Shown: positions 1 to 16,107, counted from the stretch's first letter. The stretch is DNA of 64,000 nucleotides from Chrysomallon squamiferum (GCA_012295275.1 CM022674.1:11160001-11224000); one strand, 5' to 3'. A program made the numbers and translations. Notes: generated from the letters alone by a model not told the origin.

Positions 1-330
1 CCTCAGCTTTTTCTAAACAAGCTGGAGACAGGAAAGAAGCCATTTTGTAATCAGTTTCAGTGATCAGAACACAGTACATTGTGTTAACATTGTGTTACAT
101 TGTGTTTATCTCTTTCAGTAAGGTGTAGTTACAACAACTATGTATGACAATGTAGAGCTGTTGAAACAATGTTTCACTGTGTAAAAACTACAGTAAGCAC
201 ATTGTTCCACTAACAGTGCATTAGTCAAGCAAAGACTGATAGCGAGACAAGGGAAATTATGAATAATCAGAGACAGGGATGGTTTCTTTTGATCCCTTTA
301 GATAACTTTTGTCATTGATGAACAAATTAA

Positions 331-655
331 GGAAGGAAATGTTTTATCCGTCAGTCCACTCATCATGTTTTACTCAGAGTAACGGGATGTCAGGAACAGT
401 TATGATTAAGGATGACTCCAGTAACAAGAGAAGAAACAGCTTTTATGACTTCAAAGGTTACTCTTTCGGGTTAGCAGAAAGTGATATTTTACAAACACCT
501 ACCCATAGATGAACAAACCATGGCTTTGTTAAATCAGTAATGGAGCAGAGGTTGAAACAAACAAAATAATCAAAATAAATAAGTAAATAAATAAAAAAGT
601 TAATAAAAAAGCTCAACCCATGACCTGATACTCCACCACAAAGCTAAATCCTGCT
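331..655 (-). mobile_element. Degenerate tRNA-derived SINE (Meta/MESC-core-like, mollusc type)
   Basis: Collinear blocks ggaaggaaatgttttat ... ttactctttcgggttagcagaaagtgatatttt ... accatggctttgttaaatcagtaatggagcagaggttg resemble the reverse complement of a gastropod SINE as recalled. A plus-strand fragment of the same core (aaaggctgtggtatctgcta) follows at about 758-778. No library search was run. Confidence 0.55.
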
Positions 656-1455
656 ATGTATGAGAAAATGTGCATTCAATCTGACTCTGAAATGTTTATT
701 TTTCTTTTCATATTTTGCAGGATCAATCTTTCTCAGTATTTGTATAACTGATTTATCAAAGGCTGTGGTATCTGCTAACATTAAATCAGTGTACTCCATT
801 CTAGACATACAGAGATAAACATTTTGTGATATATATTATTCCTTTGTCTTTTTCTTTTTTCTTTTTTCTTTGGTTTTTATATATAATTAAGAAAACAACT
901 ATTGGCTGTTAGGTCAAAAATAAATATATATATTTTTTTTTATATAGTGAACTGATTTAGAAACAAAAAAGAAAAAAAAAACAGTCAGCTGTCAACCTGT
1001 ACTGGAAATATCATCATAATCATTACCAATGTTATAAAAACCACTGACTGACAACAAGTATTAATTTTTTTTTATTGTACATTTTGTCTTAAAATTAGGT
1101 CATATGTAAAACAAACAGACAGATACGTAGAAAATGTGACAGTATAGATTCAGCATGTAATACAATTCTGAAGTAGGTTCTGAAGAAAAAAAAAATAAAT
1201 ACAGTTACCTTCTTAGCCACTGTTACTCCCAGCTCAAAACATGTTCTGATTTTAGTCAGAACAAGTTAATAGTTTGGACATTCCATGTAAAAACAAATAC
1301 CTGTATAGTCAAGTGTATACCTGAGTAGGGAGGTTAATGATTTTAACCCTTTAACTGATAACAATTTCTACAATTGATGTCTGTGGTCATTTGTGACAGA
1401 GAAAGAAAAATTCATGTGAGAAAATTATTAGAGAAATACAGGAGGTTGTCAAGTG

Positions 1456-1555
<100 letters not shown>

Positions 1556-3173
1556 TCAAACAACATGTCAGTGACAAATTAAACATGAAAGTGAAAAGAA
1601 AAGAAACAGATTAAAAAAACCCATTAAAACCCCCCACTTTTATTTGAAATACTATGTATTCATCAAATTGAATGTTCAAATTATTTGCCCCCGTAGCAGC
1701 AAAAGATATTTTTATTATACACTTTCCCAATGACATGAAAACACCTACCTTACCAATGGCTTCAACAACATGAATCCTTTAAAGAAGAAAGGATTGAACT
1801 GGGAAGAAATCTTAATCAATTATTTTATTATATAGACTCTGAGACCATTAATATAACATCAGAAAGCAGGGAGGTAATAACATCATACCAAACACAAGGG
1901 TGATAACCTTGTCAGGGGAGGTAATTAAAATGTACACATGACCTTTAAAACACACAAAGTATTATGCAAAGTTTTGAGTTAATTGTTACAGAATGAAATA
2001 ATATGAGAAAGCGGAGAATTTTTACAACAGTTCAGGGTAACAATGCAAACTTTCACTGTACGTGAGACTGTTTCTGGTAACATGTTATAACATTGAGATT
2101 ATAACAGGTCATTATCTGTGGATTTATAACTTTGTAGAACAATGTGAATTAATTAAACAGTTCATCAGATTTATAACATTGTAAAACCTTGTAAACTTTC
2201 CATGTGTAATAATATATTGTTGTAACATTGTTCTGTTTATATGTTCACATTAAACAACTGATCCTGTGATTTTGTCATATTTAATATGTTAATATACATA
2301 ATATTACATAATATACATAATATAGCAGCCCAGGGTTTCTCCTCTCATTATAATAAATGCATGTTTGAGTCCACATACAGTTCTAAGTCATATATATATA
2401 TATATATATATACAAGGTGCTTCTGTATGTGCATTATGCCTGTGCTTATGCATGTATGTGTGTTTGAAAGTGTGTGAATGCATGTATATATATTTTTGTG
2501 TTATTAACCATCAGTAAGATGTCTAATAGGTACAAACTAAATATATATTGAGTCTATTATTGAATAAATACTTCTTATCTCTGAAACAATCATCTGCCCA
2601 TTCTACATGAAGGACCTACCAGAGAATTCAGTGAATTTATTTATTTTTTTACTATCCCCCATGCCATTCCTCTAATCTCTAAGCTAAAGCCCCCCACTCC
2701 AACCTATCCTGGGTGGCACAGGGCAAATCTTCTGTCTTGTTAACAACTGTGTTACCTGTCTCACCTGGGTAGACACACCTGGCTTCAGGTAATTTTCTTA
2801 TCAGAGAAAATATCAAGGTAAGCTCATCAAAGTGCAGTATTGTTGTCAAGCAGATAAAGAAAAAAGCTGTCCCTTTCAGGAGTTGTTGTTGTCCACGCTG
2901 ATGTTGATGGATCAAAGATAACGTGGTTGATGTGTTTTTTAGTGTTGGTGAGAGTTTGTGTAGTGTGTCTGTGTGAGTGGAGGTGTTGTTGTTTTCTGCA
3001 TTTCTCTGTTATTGAATATACTTGTATGTGTTTGTGTATATGTATATATGTGAGTTGTATGAGTGTGAGTTGTATGTGTGTGAGTATGTGTGTGTATGTA
3101 TCTGCGTGTACATTATGTGTATATGTGTTTGTATTTGTATATGTGTTTGCCTGTGTATGTTTTGTATATTCTC

Positions 3174-3223
<50 letters not shown>

Positions 3224-3380
3224 TGTGTGTGTAAAGTGTGTGTTTGAGTATGAAATGTAGAAAGAAAGAAACAAGAAATCAGTCAAGAAGGATAGAAGTA
3301 ACATTTTTGTACATGTTCATGTATATGTACGTCCTTACATCTAAGTGTATGTCTAAAAGATGCTGAGAAGTACATTAAAG

Positions 3381-3475
3381 CCAAATAACACACATACTTC
3401 TTTCCATCTCCACCAAATAACACACATACTTCTTTCCATCTCCACCAAATAACACACATACTTTTTTCCATCTCC
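3381..3475. repeat. 32-bp tandem repeat x3
   Basis: ccaaataacacacatacttctttccatctcca repeated three times. Confidence 0.9.
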
Positions 3476-6065
3476 AGTGACCTGTTCATTCAGCAGAAAT
3501 AAAATATTAAACAAATATGTACAAATCCTGACCAGCAGATATCTCCTGTTATTAACCTCTCTGTATTACATAAAGACATTTCAGTGAAATGACTGATATT
3601 TACACTCTTCTCAGTTCTGTACATTCCAGTACACTGATATGTGAAATTCTTTCTTAACAATGGGGCAGAGACAGAGAGAGAAATAAATATTTCAAATAGA
3701 AATTATTAAATACATATTTGAAAATATAGCGTAATGATGGCATTTATGGTAAATGCAATTCATACTGAAATGAATAATATTACAGCCTGTTCAAATTATT
3801 TGTATAACTAAATGGATTACTAAAGGAATGAATGAATATTTGACCCTATTTTCTTCTTATTTAATGCTATGTTTTATTTATTTGCTTATTTACTTATTTA
3901 TTATTATTCTACATACTGTGATATCTTATGTTATTGATATTATTGTTATTGTTGATCGTTATTTTTATTATTAAACTTTGGAAGGAAATCATTCTCACAT
4001 TCATAGACTGATCTTATCAACTAAAAGCATCTTTTACACAACCAGTTTTTAAACATTTAAAGACCTTGCCTCAGTTAAGAGGCTCTGGTCAGAATGTGAA
4101 ATAACTATAGACACAATGAACTGATTCTAACTGGTTGAACTGTTATTTGTAAACTTGTAAATGTCAAATGAATGGGCAATAACCAAAAGAGTACCATCAG
4201 AAGATTTGATCCTGAAACACACTGCCCACCAGAAAATACATCTCTCTCATCTTTATGTAATAAAAAAAATAACCTGTTTCAGCCATGACATGACATTCCA
4301 TTTAGACAGGCAATCATATAGTAATAGTTAAAATGGAAACTCAAGCATAAAAAAAAAAATTATTAGCTAATAAATTTCAGTCTATAACTCAACTTACTTT
4401 CTAAAACCATTCATTAAAGATATTCATATCCACAAAAACTTTAGTTTTATTTGTTCTTTATTCCTTTTGTTAAATAAACAAATTTTTAAATTTATTTTTC
4501 TTCCTAACACACATTATGTATCTAATATCCTAACAAAACAATAGTATCTAATTCAGCAAATTGTCCCAAAAGACTGAGCCTTTTTTTTATTTTGTACGAT
4601 TAATGTACTGATAATTTGTATTCAGACTTGTTCACCTTTTTGTAGACAATAAAAGATCAAATGTCATATTTTTATAACCTGTTTCCTTCTTATCTTCCTT
4701 TTAACTACTAGGTTAAAAACTGAACAAGTCAAGTGGAAATACAGGTGAGACAACAACAATAAACAAGTGAACAAGGTGTGTTTGTCCTTTTTTCTTTCTT
4801 ACTTTACTTTTTCTTTTCTATATATATATCCTTTCTGAGTTCCTTCTCTTTGCTTTCTTTCTCTGTTTCTTTTCTTTTTCCTTTCTTTTGTTTTTTTGTG
4901 TATTCTTTCTCTCTTCTTCATGCATTCTTTTTGTTTCTCTTCTTTCTTTTTCATGTCCTTTCTTTCTTTCACTCTACTTTTTCTTTCTGTCTTTGCATAG
5001 CTAGCTATATAATTATATGTATACACACTGACAGATATTTGGAGATAGATGCTGAAAATTGATAGGTATATACAATATACTGATGGACATACATATAAAA
5101 GTTTGTGTATACTGGATATATGAATTGGTGTATGTTAGTGACAAAAAGTCAGAAAATAACAGCAAAGTAGAGATGGATAGAAAGCTTAAGAAATAGAAGA
5201 GAAATGGGAAAGAAAGACAGAAATAATGAGGGTGGATGGAAAGAGTGAGAGAGAGAGAGACAATGAGACAGACAGTGATAAAAGGATTGATGACAAAAAA
5301 GACAGATTTACAAGAAAGTGATATATAGAGGTGTGTTTTTATTTAGATGCTTAATTGTGTGTCTGTGTGTGTGTGTGTTTATGTATGAATGTCAGTTAAT
5401 GTATGCATGTATGTACACTTGTATAAATAAAGCACTTATTGTTTTGCTCCACCTAAAGTATTATGTTTTTACCTCAGTGAGATACAACTGATTAAAAACA
5501 TCTACTTGAACAAGTTAACACCCTTGTGAGAATTACTAACCAACACAGGTAAACACAGGTAAACACAGGTGAACACAGGACTGGGTCAGAAGGTTAAATA
5601 TATACAATACACACCACTGTTCATAACTATCACATGGTAGAGGTTTTTGTTTCATATCAAATGTCAAAGTAACGAAAACCAAACTTTATTTTCTGTATCT
5701 ATAAAAAAAATTCTAAAGGTCATTTTGTCATTGTTTTGAAATATCTGTTTTCTGTTTATTATTATTATTATTTTGCTCTTGTTCTAGTCACCATTATCCA
5801 AATTTCATTGTACTTAAAGAGTATTGGAAATATTTGTTTATTTGTTCTTTTCAACAACTACTTTTATTCATGTTTAAAATTATTAAATTTTTCTCAAATA
5901 TAAATATTATCTACATTGTGACTGAATATCATGACTATCATTATTATTAATTATGAAAAACAAACAATTAATATTTATTTAATAAAACAAATTATGTTTA
6001 CAAAATAGACTAACCAGACTGAACTGTCTTCCACTTGGAGACATTTATCCAGAAGACTGAGTCTT

Positions 6066-6107
<42 letters not shown>

Positions 6108-6212
6108 TTATATATATAAAACATAACTTTTTACTTGAAACATGCATGGAGTTCATACATGTCTGTCTGTCCATGAGTAGTAAAAGAAAATAAACACACA
6201 TATCTACAGTTA

Positions 6213-6280
6213 GCTACAGAAGCAAGAGTTGAACTCACAACCTATCAGTTTAAAGACCGACTGCTTAACTGCTGGGTCAC
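6213..6280 (-). mobile_element. tRNA-like SINE head remnant
   Basis: Minus strand reads GTGACCCAGCAGTTAAGCA..CTTTAAA..GTGAGTTCAACTC: degenerate A and B boxes with tRNA spacing but broken stems. Confidence 0.5.
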
Positions 6281-7707
6281 TTTAATGCAAGTGTACTTTT
6301 CTAACATTTCAAAATACTTGTTAGCTCAAATTCTCAATAAACGGAGTAACTTCAACAAGGAAGAAATCTGCCCAAAATTTATATTTAATACTAAAGTGGT
6401 TTATATGAATAGGTTAGTCAAGTGTGAATTTTGAAAATCTCTGTTTCATTATTAAATTACTTACATGTTTAACTATTAAATGGGAGTCTTAAAGTAACTA
6501 TATATCTTGTATTTATTAAATATGTGAATATAGTATTAGTGTGTTGTAGGTTATATATAGATATAGATCATACATTAAGTAAAATTCTGTGAAATGAGAT
6601 TTTTAAAAATTTGTATAAAGTGTAATTCAAAGTAAATAATACAGTTTTTTTTAAATATTACTCTAATGGTATGTACTGTCATGCCAATAGGTAAAAATAT
6701 TAAACTATTTCATTGCTGTATGTTATATTAAGAAATATAGTTCTTAAAAGGCAACATAATAATAATATAAATAATGCATGACAAATATTAAGTATACTGT
6801 GTATTACATTATGATAGATCATACAGAAAACAGGTCTACATTAAACTGTATAATCTTAGATAATTGTTAATGTAAAAATCAAAATCAAAATCAAAATACA
6901 AAATACGCTGTTTTTCACACATTAAAGATGTTAAATTGTAGATTTTATAAAAATAGCTTTAGGTCATATATTAAAATGTGTACTGTTAGACAGTTTATAA
7001 ATAAATAAAATATCTAATTTACTTACATTTAAAATATATTAAATTCTTGTGGATTGTACAAAAATAAAGACAGCTTTTAAGTGTTAGATTAAACTTTATA
7101 AAGGTTATGTGTTTGTAAATAAGAAATAAAAGCAGTTTTACATTTATTAAAATGTATTAAACCTTTTTACGTTGTACAGAAATAGCTGTAGGTGATAGGT
7201 GTAAGAGACATTGTTATTAGATTCTTGTAGATCATACAGAGAACTTTATTACTTTATTCCACTTTAGGTAGAAGCCAAAGTTAATTATTCCACTATAAAG
7301 ATAAAATTTAAACACAGCAATAAACTGAAAATAGATTATAAACAGTTAAATCTGGATGTTTACTTCATTCAGAATAGATTCTTAACAGCCAAGTAAATTA
7401 TATATGTTTATGGATTTGAGTCTGTGTGTCTGAATGTAAGTTTAGGTGAGTGCATATCTTTGTAAATGTATGTATATATGTATATATGTGTGTATGTGTG
7501 TGTGTGTGTTGTGTGAGTGTGTGTGTGTGTGTGTTTCTCAACATAAACTACATAAAACATACTAAATGAGATTTTATATTCATCATGTATGAATCAGTGC
7601 ATCATGACATCTCTGCATATTACAATTGTGTCATGCAGTCACACACATATGTTATATTTATTATAACATCCATCCACGCAAACATCTGTCTGTCTGTCTG
7701 TACTTAC

Positions 7708-7766
7708 CCTCACTGCTCGTCTGTTTGTGGTGCAGTTAGGATTCTGACAAACCATATCATCCTCAT
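7708..7766 (-). CDS. PLEKHG5: PLEKHG5-like RhoGEF, shared coding exon (59 nt, phase 1 to 0)
   Basis: TTTATTTTTCAG|AT GAG GAT GAT ATG GTT TGT CAG AAT CCT AAC TGC ACC ACA AAC AGA CGA GCA GTG AGG|GTAAGT encodes (D)EDDMVCQNPNCTTNRRAVR. This matches the recalled N-terminal Cys motif of human PLEKHG5 (..LRCQNPACMDKGRAAK-VCHH..). The rest of the gene is expected left of the window. Confidence 0.7.
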
Positions 7767-8427
7767 CTGAAAAATAAACACATACATAAACCCAAAATTA
7801 AACATAAACAAAAATATTAACATAAAAATAAACATGTAAAAAGCATCAATACAAAATATAAGCATGGAACTAAACACATTACAGAAAGAAGCACACAAAA
7901 GTAAACACAAAAACAAATATATAAAGATACAAAATACACAAATACAAAAAAAATGTAAACACTAAAATTAAAACGCAAACAACTTGTTTGAAAATACTGG
8001 GGAAAGGTTACACTGTGTAGATACATATACATATACACATAAATAAAATAACCACACTAATGTACACTGGTAACACCAACCCAAACACAAATCTACAGTA
8101 CTGGTGTATTGATGGGTGGTTTATAATCTATATAAAGATAGGAAAAGGATTTCAAGACACGTATACATACATATACATACATACAGAAACATGCACATGA
8201 AAAATATACACATACAAATATACACAAATGCCTGCACTTATACACATACAAACACTCATGTACACATAGAAAACACACACACACAAACATACATATATAG
8301 AAATCATAAACACACACATATTCATATAAAAACACACAAATACACATATACAAACATACACACATACAAAACACTATAAAGGTATGTGTATGTGTATGTA
8401 TGTATGTATGTGTGATTTCTATGTATG

Positions 8428-8459
<32 letters not shown>

Positions 8460-8524
8460 AAGCTATTTGTATCAGTAATTTACCAGTTTTGTTTTGTTCT
8501 GTTGAAAAGTGACCATAGACTCAC

Positions 8525-8669
8525 CAGACACTGATATTAGTGGAATCACCAATGGATGTAAAACTTGTTGAAATGACCCTAAACTGTCCTTGACCTTGAG
8601 GTCATCACCATCTTCAGCTTCAGGACTGTCTCGTTTGAACCACAGCATAAGTGGATCGGAGAAAAACAT
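8525..8669 (-). CDS. PLEKHG5: PLEKHG5-like alternative first coding exon (48 aa, MFFSDPLMLWFKRD..PLISVS)
   Basis: AAAA ATG, non-repetitive ORF of 145 nt ending TCT G|GTGAGT (phase 1), in frame with the acceptor at 7766. Confidence 0.62.
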
Positions 8670-11600
8670 TTTTTCTTTTTTCAGAATACAACAATTTTGT
8701 CAATTTTACTAAAACCTTCACAGTATCTTCATAAAGTTATCAATGCTCATGATATAATTAATATATTACAAACCCATCCATTACCTACATTCAAGATTAA
8801 TTAACCTGTATCTGTGTTACATGATCATTAAATGTTATTATGTCATTAATTATATATAGATGTACAGAAGCAATTAATGTTCTGTTGGTAAAAACTGGTA
8901 TAAACAGTCATCAAATAAAGAGTATATAGCCAATGATTAAAATACTACATGTGGTATGTACTGCAATGTCTTTTGATTGAAATATCAGTAAGTTATGATA
9001 CTTTTTAAAATTAAGACAAATATTAGTATATAGTTTAATCAAAACATTTGATAAATAGAATTCTCAGATTTCTCCCAGTTTCAAATCATTGTTGATGTAT
9101 AAATATATTAAAAGCACTTCAGATGGTTTTAAAATTAGATTATACAGTGAAAATATGAGGTAAAATCATAAAATACATATAAGCATATTATTCTGTTTTG
9201 AACATTTATATAACAACCCTTGATTTCATTCCAAATTTTCAGTGGAGATGTTTTGAATATTGTATCCAGAGAATATATTTAGTATTTCACAGTTTATAAA
9301 ATAATATTTTGTTTTGTAATTACAGATGACTTTTCCTCAACTGGCTTAGAACATGCAGCCTAGTTTCAGCTCTGTGTTGTCAGATCACAAGATCCTGCTG
9401 TGATTTTCTGCTTTCTCTTCTTACAGGTACGTTTCACAGTATGTAATACAAGATGCACTTAAAACCAAACAGCATAAAATTTTAAAAAGAAAAGAATTTG
9501 AAACATTTAGCATGAGGCGTTAAAGTGAACAAGTTGTAAATAAACTGTAGCTACACCTTTCTAAGGTTTCGTGGAGACAAAGACCATAAACATTTAAAAT
9601 CCGGTTCATGAACCTTTTGATGCATAGATTATCTCCCTTGAAAGATCACCTTGAATATATAAAATGTTTATAAACTCAACATGCATTCATATGCTGTTTA
9701 ATGCTTGCAGGCATTAAAAAAAAAATCCATGTTTTGTTTTGAAGGTCTTCACTTTAATTTACTCCTTTGAAACATCATGTATCAGAAAACAAACAATCTT
9801 ATTCTTTCCTGGTACAATGTAAAGATCCACAAACATCAATGGTTGAATATATATGAAAAATAGTTCACATCACTGGTGGATCACATATTTAGGGAATTTA
9901 AGCCTTTAATCCAGTTGTAGAAGGAAATTATCTTTATAGATATACTGTCTTTAAAAATACAGAAGGATGAATACAAGCAATATGTCACATCAAGAGACTA
10001 TTTCATTTTCAGTATGAAGATCTGCAATAAAATTATTGTCTATGGAAATGTAGTTCCATGTATAATCATGCAGAATAAGAAAAATATAACCTGTCAATGC
10101 ATGAATATATCAGCATTTGAAATATCAGTTTCTAATGTGTACTATCCTTATAAACACCCTGGTTTATAAAAACAAAATAAAAACTGCACCGTGTTGCCTA
10201 CAAGCAATATTTCAGAAGTGAATTACCTTAAAAGTATACAGTTTATAAATATCTGTATTCTGTACATATATACTTAAAATATATTCTAATATTTCACATA
10301 AAGTTTAATCCATTTATTACAGCAATCCTTATAAATATATTGGCTTATGAATATACAGATTTAAAAAAGCACTGTGCTGCTTATGAATAATATCTGGAGT
10401 CCACTCCACTTCTGATATGAATTATCTTTAGAAGTTTACTGGATTATTGAAATCTTGATCCAAAATGCACCATGTTGTTTACGAGTTATATTTCACTTTG
10501 ATTTCATCCTTGTACATACACTGATTTTATATATACACACATGTATACACAACCACATCGAAAACAAGAAATATCTGCTCTCTTGAATCTAATACACTTC
10601 CAGGGTGAACTTGTAACTATTAAACTGTGTTATACTCTGTGTTATCCATAGAAAAACTTGTTGAATAAAAAACCATATTTCACATCTTTTGCTGATATAT
10701 TACATCACACATGATCTATGCTGGCTATGTTTATGACAACACTGTACGAAACAAAGTTTCTCAACACACACACACAGTGCAATTAGCACATAAACTGAGA
10801 AATTTTGCCCTTTTTTATGTTCTGCGTCATAATTTATATCTGACAAAGTTGCTAAGTGCTTCGACAAAAGAACTGGCAAATTACCACAGGTATGTAATAA
10901 GGCATACATTTAATAAACACATTTACCTTATCCAATCAACAGGTAGAATAAACATACCTGGCATAATTGCAATTAAAATTAAATAGATATAAAAAAACAG
11001 TTTATGGCTTGATTTCATAAAGAAAGCCAAAAGGAAATGAATCAGTTAAAATTAAAATTAAAACTGGACTGGAAAACAAGGCTTTGAGGAAATGTGTAAA
11101 TTAACACAATGCTGTATCATTTGTGATTAGTACAAGCTTAGTAAGAACTGAGCTTTAAAAATAACACAAAACCAATACTGCTTGTCAACTCTAAGAAATT
11201 ACACAATTTCAAATTTATTTAAAAATCTGTCTAATGTTTTAAGAAATTTCAAACATATAACAGTAATATATGTTTAATCTCCTATTTAATAAAATCCTTG
11301 CAATCCTGTTTTAATAAAACCATGACAATCCTTTTGGTATTAGAATCCTTGTAATTCTATTTAATAAAAATCCTTTCAATTTGTAATCCTGATTTGAAAA
11401 GAATCACCATTAAATCTCCAGAACAGAATTTTCAAACTTTACTGAATAAAATTTTCCTTTTTTAACTTTTAACCCAATTTTTTCTGGTTTTGCTCGTTTA
11501 TCTCTCTGGAAACATGAAAACTGTGTCATGCATGCAAGCGTTCATCATATGCAATGAAGAAAGAAAGAAAGAAAAAAACACGCAGGTAAGTTGATATTAA

Positions 11601-11914
11601 TTGCAAATGACAGGTAACCACTTTGTTCTCATTTCACCACAACTCAAAGTATGTCAGTAGATTGTAATTTTTTTTTTTTTTTAATATAAAAAGGTAAACT
11701 TCTTCCTCAAAACTCAAATTACTCTGCTATTGAAATTTAAACAGGCAGATGGCTGATGTTTGGAAAACTAGATCTGTATAGGTGTTTTTTCAAAGTGCTA
11801 ACTGAAGTGAAAATAATAGTGACATTGTACCAATGTGTACTACTCTGTGAAAATATAATACATCTCTAAACAGGTTTGCAATACAATATAGTCTTCAAAC
11901 TGGTTTTAATACAT

Positions 11915-11956
<42 letters not shown>

Positions 11957-12496
11957 CCTTAAACCTTTGTATGTGTATATATATATATATATATTGTAAC
12001 ATCAATATCTGGATGCTGAGTAAAATGTGTTTTTATGAGTGTGTGCATGTGTGTGCATGCGTGTTTATATATTTAATTTTATGTATGTATATATATGTAG
12101 TGTATGTATCACTGTATATAAATAAGTATATATCTATTAGTATGTGTGGTTATATACTTTTTTTATGTGTTATCAGTAACACTGACTTTGTTAATAGTTT
12201 ATATACAAATATATTTACACAGACATTTACCTCACAGGTATGCAAAACCACCCATCCAAGCAGAAGTAATTTAAGATTCAAATTTTTAAAAGGTTGTTTA
12301 TCCAATCAAAAAAACATTATTTTACACTTCGTGGTTTTTCACAGAAGACATCCACTGTAGGAGTGGTGTGCTCAGGCATGGAACACACTGGTTACAGTTT
12401 ATTGATTTGAATTAATTATAGATAGAAATAAAATATGAAATAACAGAATTATTCTTTCTGTTTCCCATTACAAACATAACTAGAGTTATTTTATAT

Positions 12497-12614
<118 letters not shown>

Positions 12615-13584
12615 ACATTCATATTAGATATACGACTTGAAAGAGGAAATCAAGTTAGCAATTTTTCCTAGTAATCTGTTTTTTTTTCTTTTCTCGTTTT
12701 TTCTCTCTGTGTGTTTGTGTGTGTGTGTGTGTGTTTAGATGTTGCTGGATATGCCTGTGTCTTCTAAATCATATTAACTGCACACATATTTTTTAATTAT
12801 TATTTTATTTTAATGATGTACCTGTAATCTTCATAAACACCTTTACTTCTGCTATAAGATTACCTTCCTTTGAAATAATCATCCAGGTGCAAAACAGCTA
12901 TAAATCAGGAGAACAAAGCCGAACCTGTCAGACTTTCACTGGAAACCTGTTAAGATGAGCCTGTGTTTAAATACTTGTACTTACATAATCAGCAAGTGTT
13001 ACCTTTAATTACAGGTAAATACCCTTTGATCCCAGTTTATGGCTTGATTATTTTTAATGACCAGAGATGAAAAAGTTTAATTTAGCAAAGTAAAAATGAA
13101 AGGACAAATAAAAATGAAAACAAGAATCAAAGAAAAACTGAGACAGGAAAAAGGAAGAATGAAAGAATGAAAGAAGAAAGATATGAATGAAAACAATGAA
13201 AAAGAAAAAATAATTAAACAAAAAAAGAAAGATTAATTAAAAGGAAATAAAAAATTAAATACAGAATATATGAATGAATGAAGAAAGAAGGAATAAAAAA
13301 ACAAATGAATAAAAGGAATACAGAATGAATGATAAATACTAACTGTATCAATAAGAAAAAGAAAAAAATTAATTAAAATCACTAACTCAGTGTTTGTAAA
13401 AATAAAATCATTTTTACGTTTATAATAATACATGTATCAACCTGTATGTAATTCTGTTCAATATGACACATTTTAACATTTCGTTTGATGACTCATTCTT
13501 TATATTCAATTTGTTTCTGCCATAAACTGATTTAAAAATAAATTTTCCTATATGTCTAACCTCTTCTCTTTCCCCTTCCCACCC

Positions 13585-13667
<83 letters not shown>

Positions 13668-13968
13668 ATATGTTAAAATCACAAAATGTCTTGCTTCAGT
13701 GCTAATAGAATTACTCAGTTTTATCATCTGGATCTAAATAAGTCGAATCAAAGGCTTACTGTAATATTATTACTATAATCATTATTATACATCACTATTA
13801 ATAATATCATGATGATTATTAACTATAATTCATTATTATTATCATTATTATACATCACTAATAATAATATCATTATTATTATTAATTATCATTCATTATT
13901 ATCATCATCATCATCATCATCATCGTCATTATTTACTCACTCTCTCTCTCACATACTCACTGACTCAC

Positions 13969-13996
13969 CAGTCATATATATGCCACATAAGATCAT
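13969..13996 (-). CDS. Possible short alternative first exon of the PLEKHG5-like gene (MILCGIYMT)
   Basis: ATG..ACT G|GTGAGT, 28 nt, phase 1. A CAGGTR cluster lies immediately upstream on the minus strand. Short enough to be chance. Confidence 0.3.
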
Positions 13997-14394
13997 CTGA
14001 CATATTAACAACCCACATCTCACCTGTACAACCCTGATACACCTGTATTTAACCAACAGGTATTTTCATACCTTAAATTAATAGCTTCACACACCTGTGA
14101 GCAATTATAGCTGCACTGATTGTATTTCTTTTAAATACCTGTACAGGTGACATTAAAACACCTTTATTTTGTACCTTGACATATAATGAGACAGCCTTGA
14201 ACCCTGTCATGTAGTTAATTAAAGATGGTTCTTGTTAACAGGTATAAATGTGTCAGTGGAATTTAACCTACCTCGGAGTAAATCTTGTAATTAGAAATTA
14301 TTTGGCTCAGCACCAAGTTAAAATCCTCTTAGTTCTGTATTACATGCAGACTGTTACTTGCACTGAATGTGCTGTGTTTTTATATTTGGATGTG

Positions 14395-14447
<53 letters not shown>

Positions 14448-14924
14448 CACACACATACACATGCACATACATATACATACATATATATATACACACACAC
14501 ATACATACAGACAGACAGACATACAGACAGACAGACTGACAGACAGACATATATATATAGACACACACACACACACATATATATATACACACACACACAA
14601 TATATACATACATATATATATACACACTGGGGATTTGCACATACATATACATACATCATCTCTACACATGGATTACATATACAAAATATAAAACACAAAA
14701 TACATACAGACAGACATACAGACAGACTGACGACAGACAGACACACAGACACACAAATATATGCATCATCAACCTGGGGAGATTTGCGTAACTCATCTCT
14801 ATGGATTACAAAACAAAAGAAAAATTCCATATACATACATCTCCATATACATACATCTCCATATACATACATCTCCATATACATACATATACATACATCT
14901 TCGTATACATACAAACAGGAACTC

Positions 14925-15103
14925 ACACACACACACACACACATTCAGTACATAACTAATGATTATACATATACTTACTACAAATGTCTATTAATAAAAT
15001 TGGTAACCTTAGAATATATGTATTAAAATAATTTTTATCACCACATTAAGTTGTATTTATCTGTTACATACTCTTTTATATTCATATCATGAGGATATAT
15101 TAC

Positions 15104-15140
<37 letters not shown>

Positions 15141-15305
15141 TCAGTACATAACTAATGATTATTCATATACTTACAACAAATGTCTCTTAATAAAATTGGT
15201 AACCTTAGAATATATGTATTAAAATAATTTTTATTATCACATTAAGTTGTATTGATTTGTTACTTACTCTTTTATATTCATATCATGAGCATATATTACA
15301 TATAA

Positions 15306-15340
<35 letters not shown>
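14925..15340. repeat. Direct duplication (period about 196 bp) bounded by (CA)n tracts
   Basis: cattcagtacataactaatgatta...catatcatgag(g/c)atatattaca occurs at about 14943-15103 and 15138-15300. Confidence 0.9.
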
Positions 15341-15344
<4 letters not shown>

Positions 15345-15756
15345 CAAACAATATAATTAAATTTTTTGTACATAATTTGAAAAAGATCAATATTTACCTG
15401 AAATCATCCTAGTGCAGCAGTAAGATATCAATTGATAATCAATACAGGTGTAAAATCAAATCGTTACAGGTGAAAAGTCGACATGTAGGTTATTTGCACT
15501 TGTCCCAATAATAAAATATCTCAGAAATGTCATTTAGCCCATCAAAATGGGGCCCGTCCCAAAAATCTTTCTTTCTGTTCTTTTTCTTTCTTTCTTTTTT
15601 CAATACAAGAATGAAGTCATGTTGAAAAATCCAGATGTACAGTTAATGTAATGCTGTTGATACTGCTGCTGCTGATGATGATAGTAATAATGATGATATG
15701 ATGATATTAATTGATTTACCATTGTTATTTGTATTCATGCACTGTGTTTGGGACAG

Positions 15757-15894
<138 letters not shown>

Positions 15895-16076
15895 TACATA
15901 TGAAATGTATTGAGGATGTGTAACCCTTTCCTATGTTCTGTAATTATAGTAAATTTATAAAACTGTCAAAGACAAAACTATACACTCTATGATTACATAA
16001 CCAAAGTAATAATAAAAATAATAGTGGTGGTTTTAACAGCATTTGTACTAGAAGTAGCAGAAACAGTAGTAGCAGA

Positions 16077-16107
<31 letters not shown>

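Noticed and set aside
2679-2915. 78-aa minus-strand ORF as the next PLEKHG5 exon
   Set aside because: It has a TTG start, no VCHH-type motif and no fitting phase-0 acceptor; the donor-like sites belong to a CAGGTR cluster.
6213-6280. Possible TTA-anticodon suppressor tRNA
   Set aside because: The anticodon loop is not 7 nt and the acceptor and T stems are broken, so it is better explained as a SINE head.
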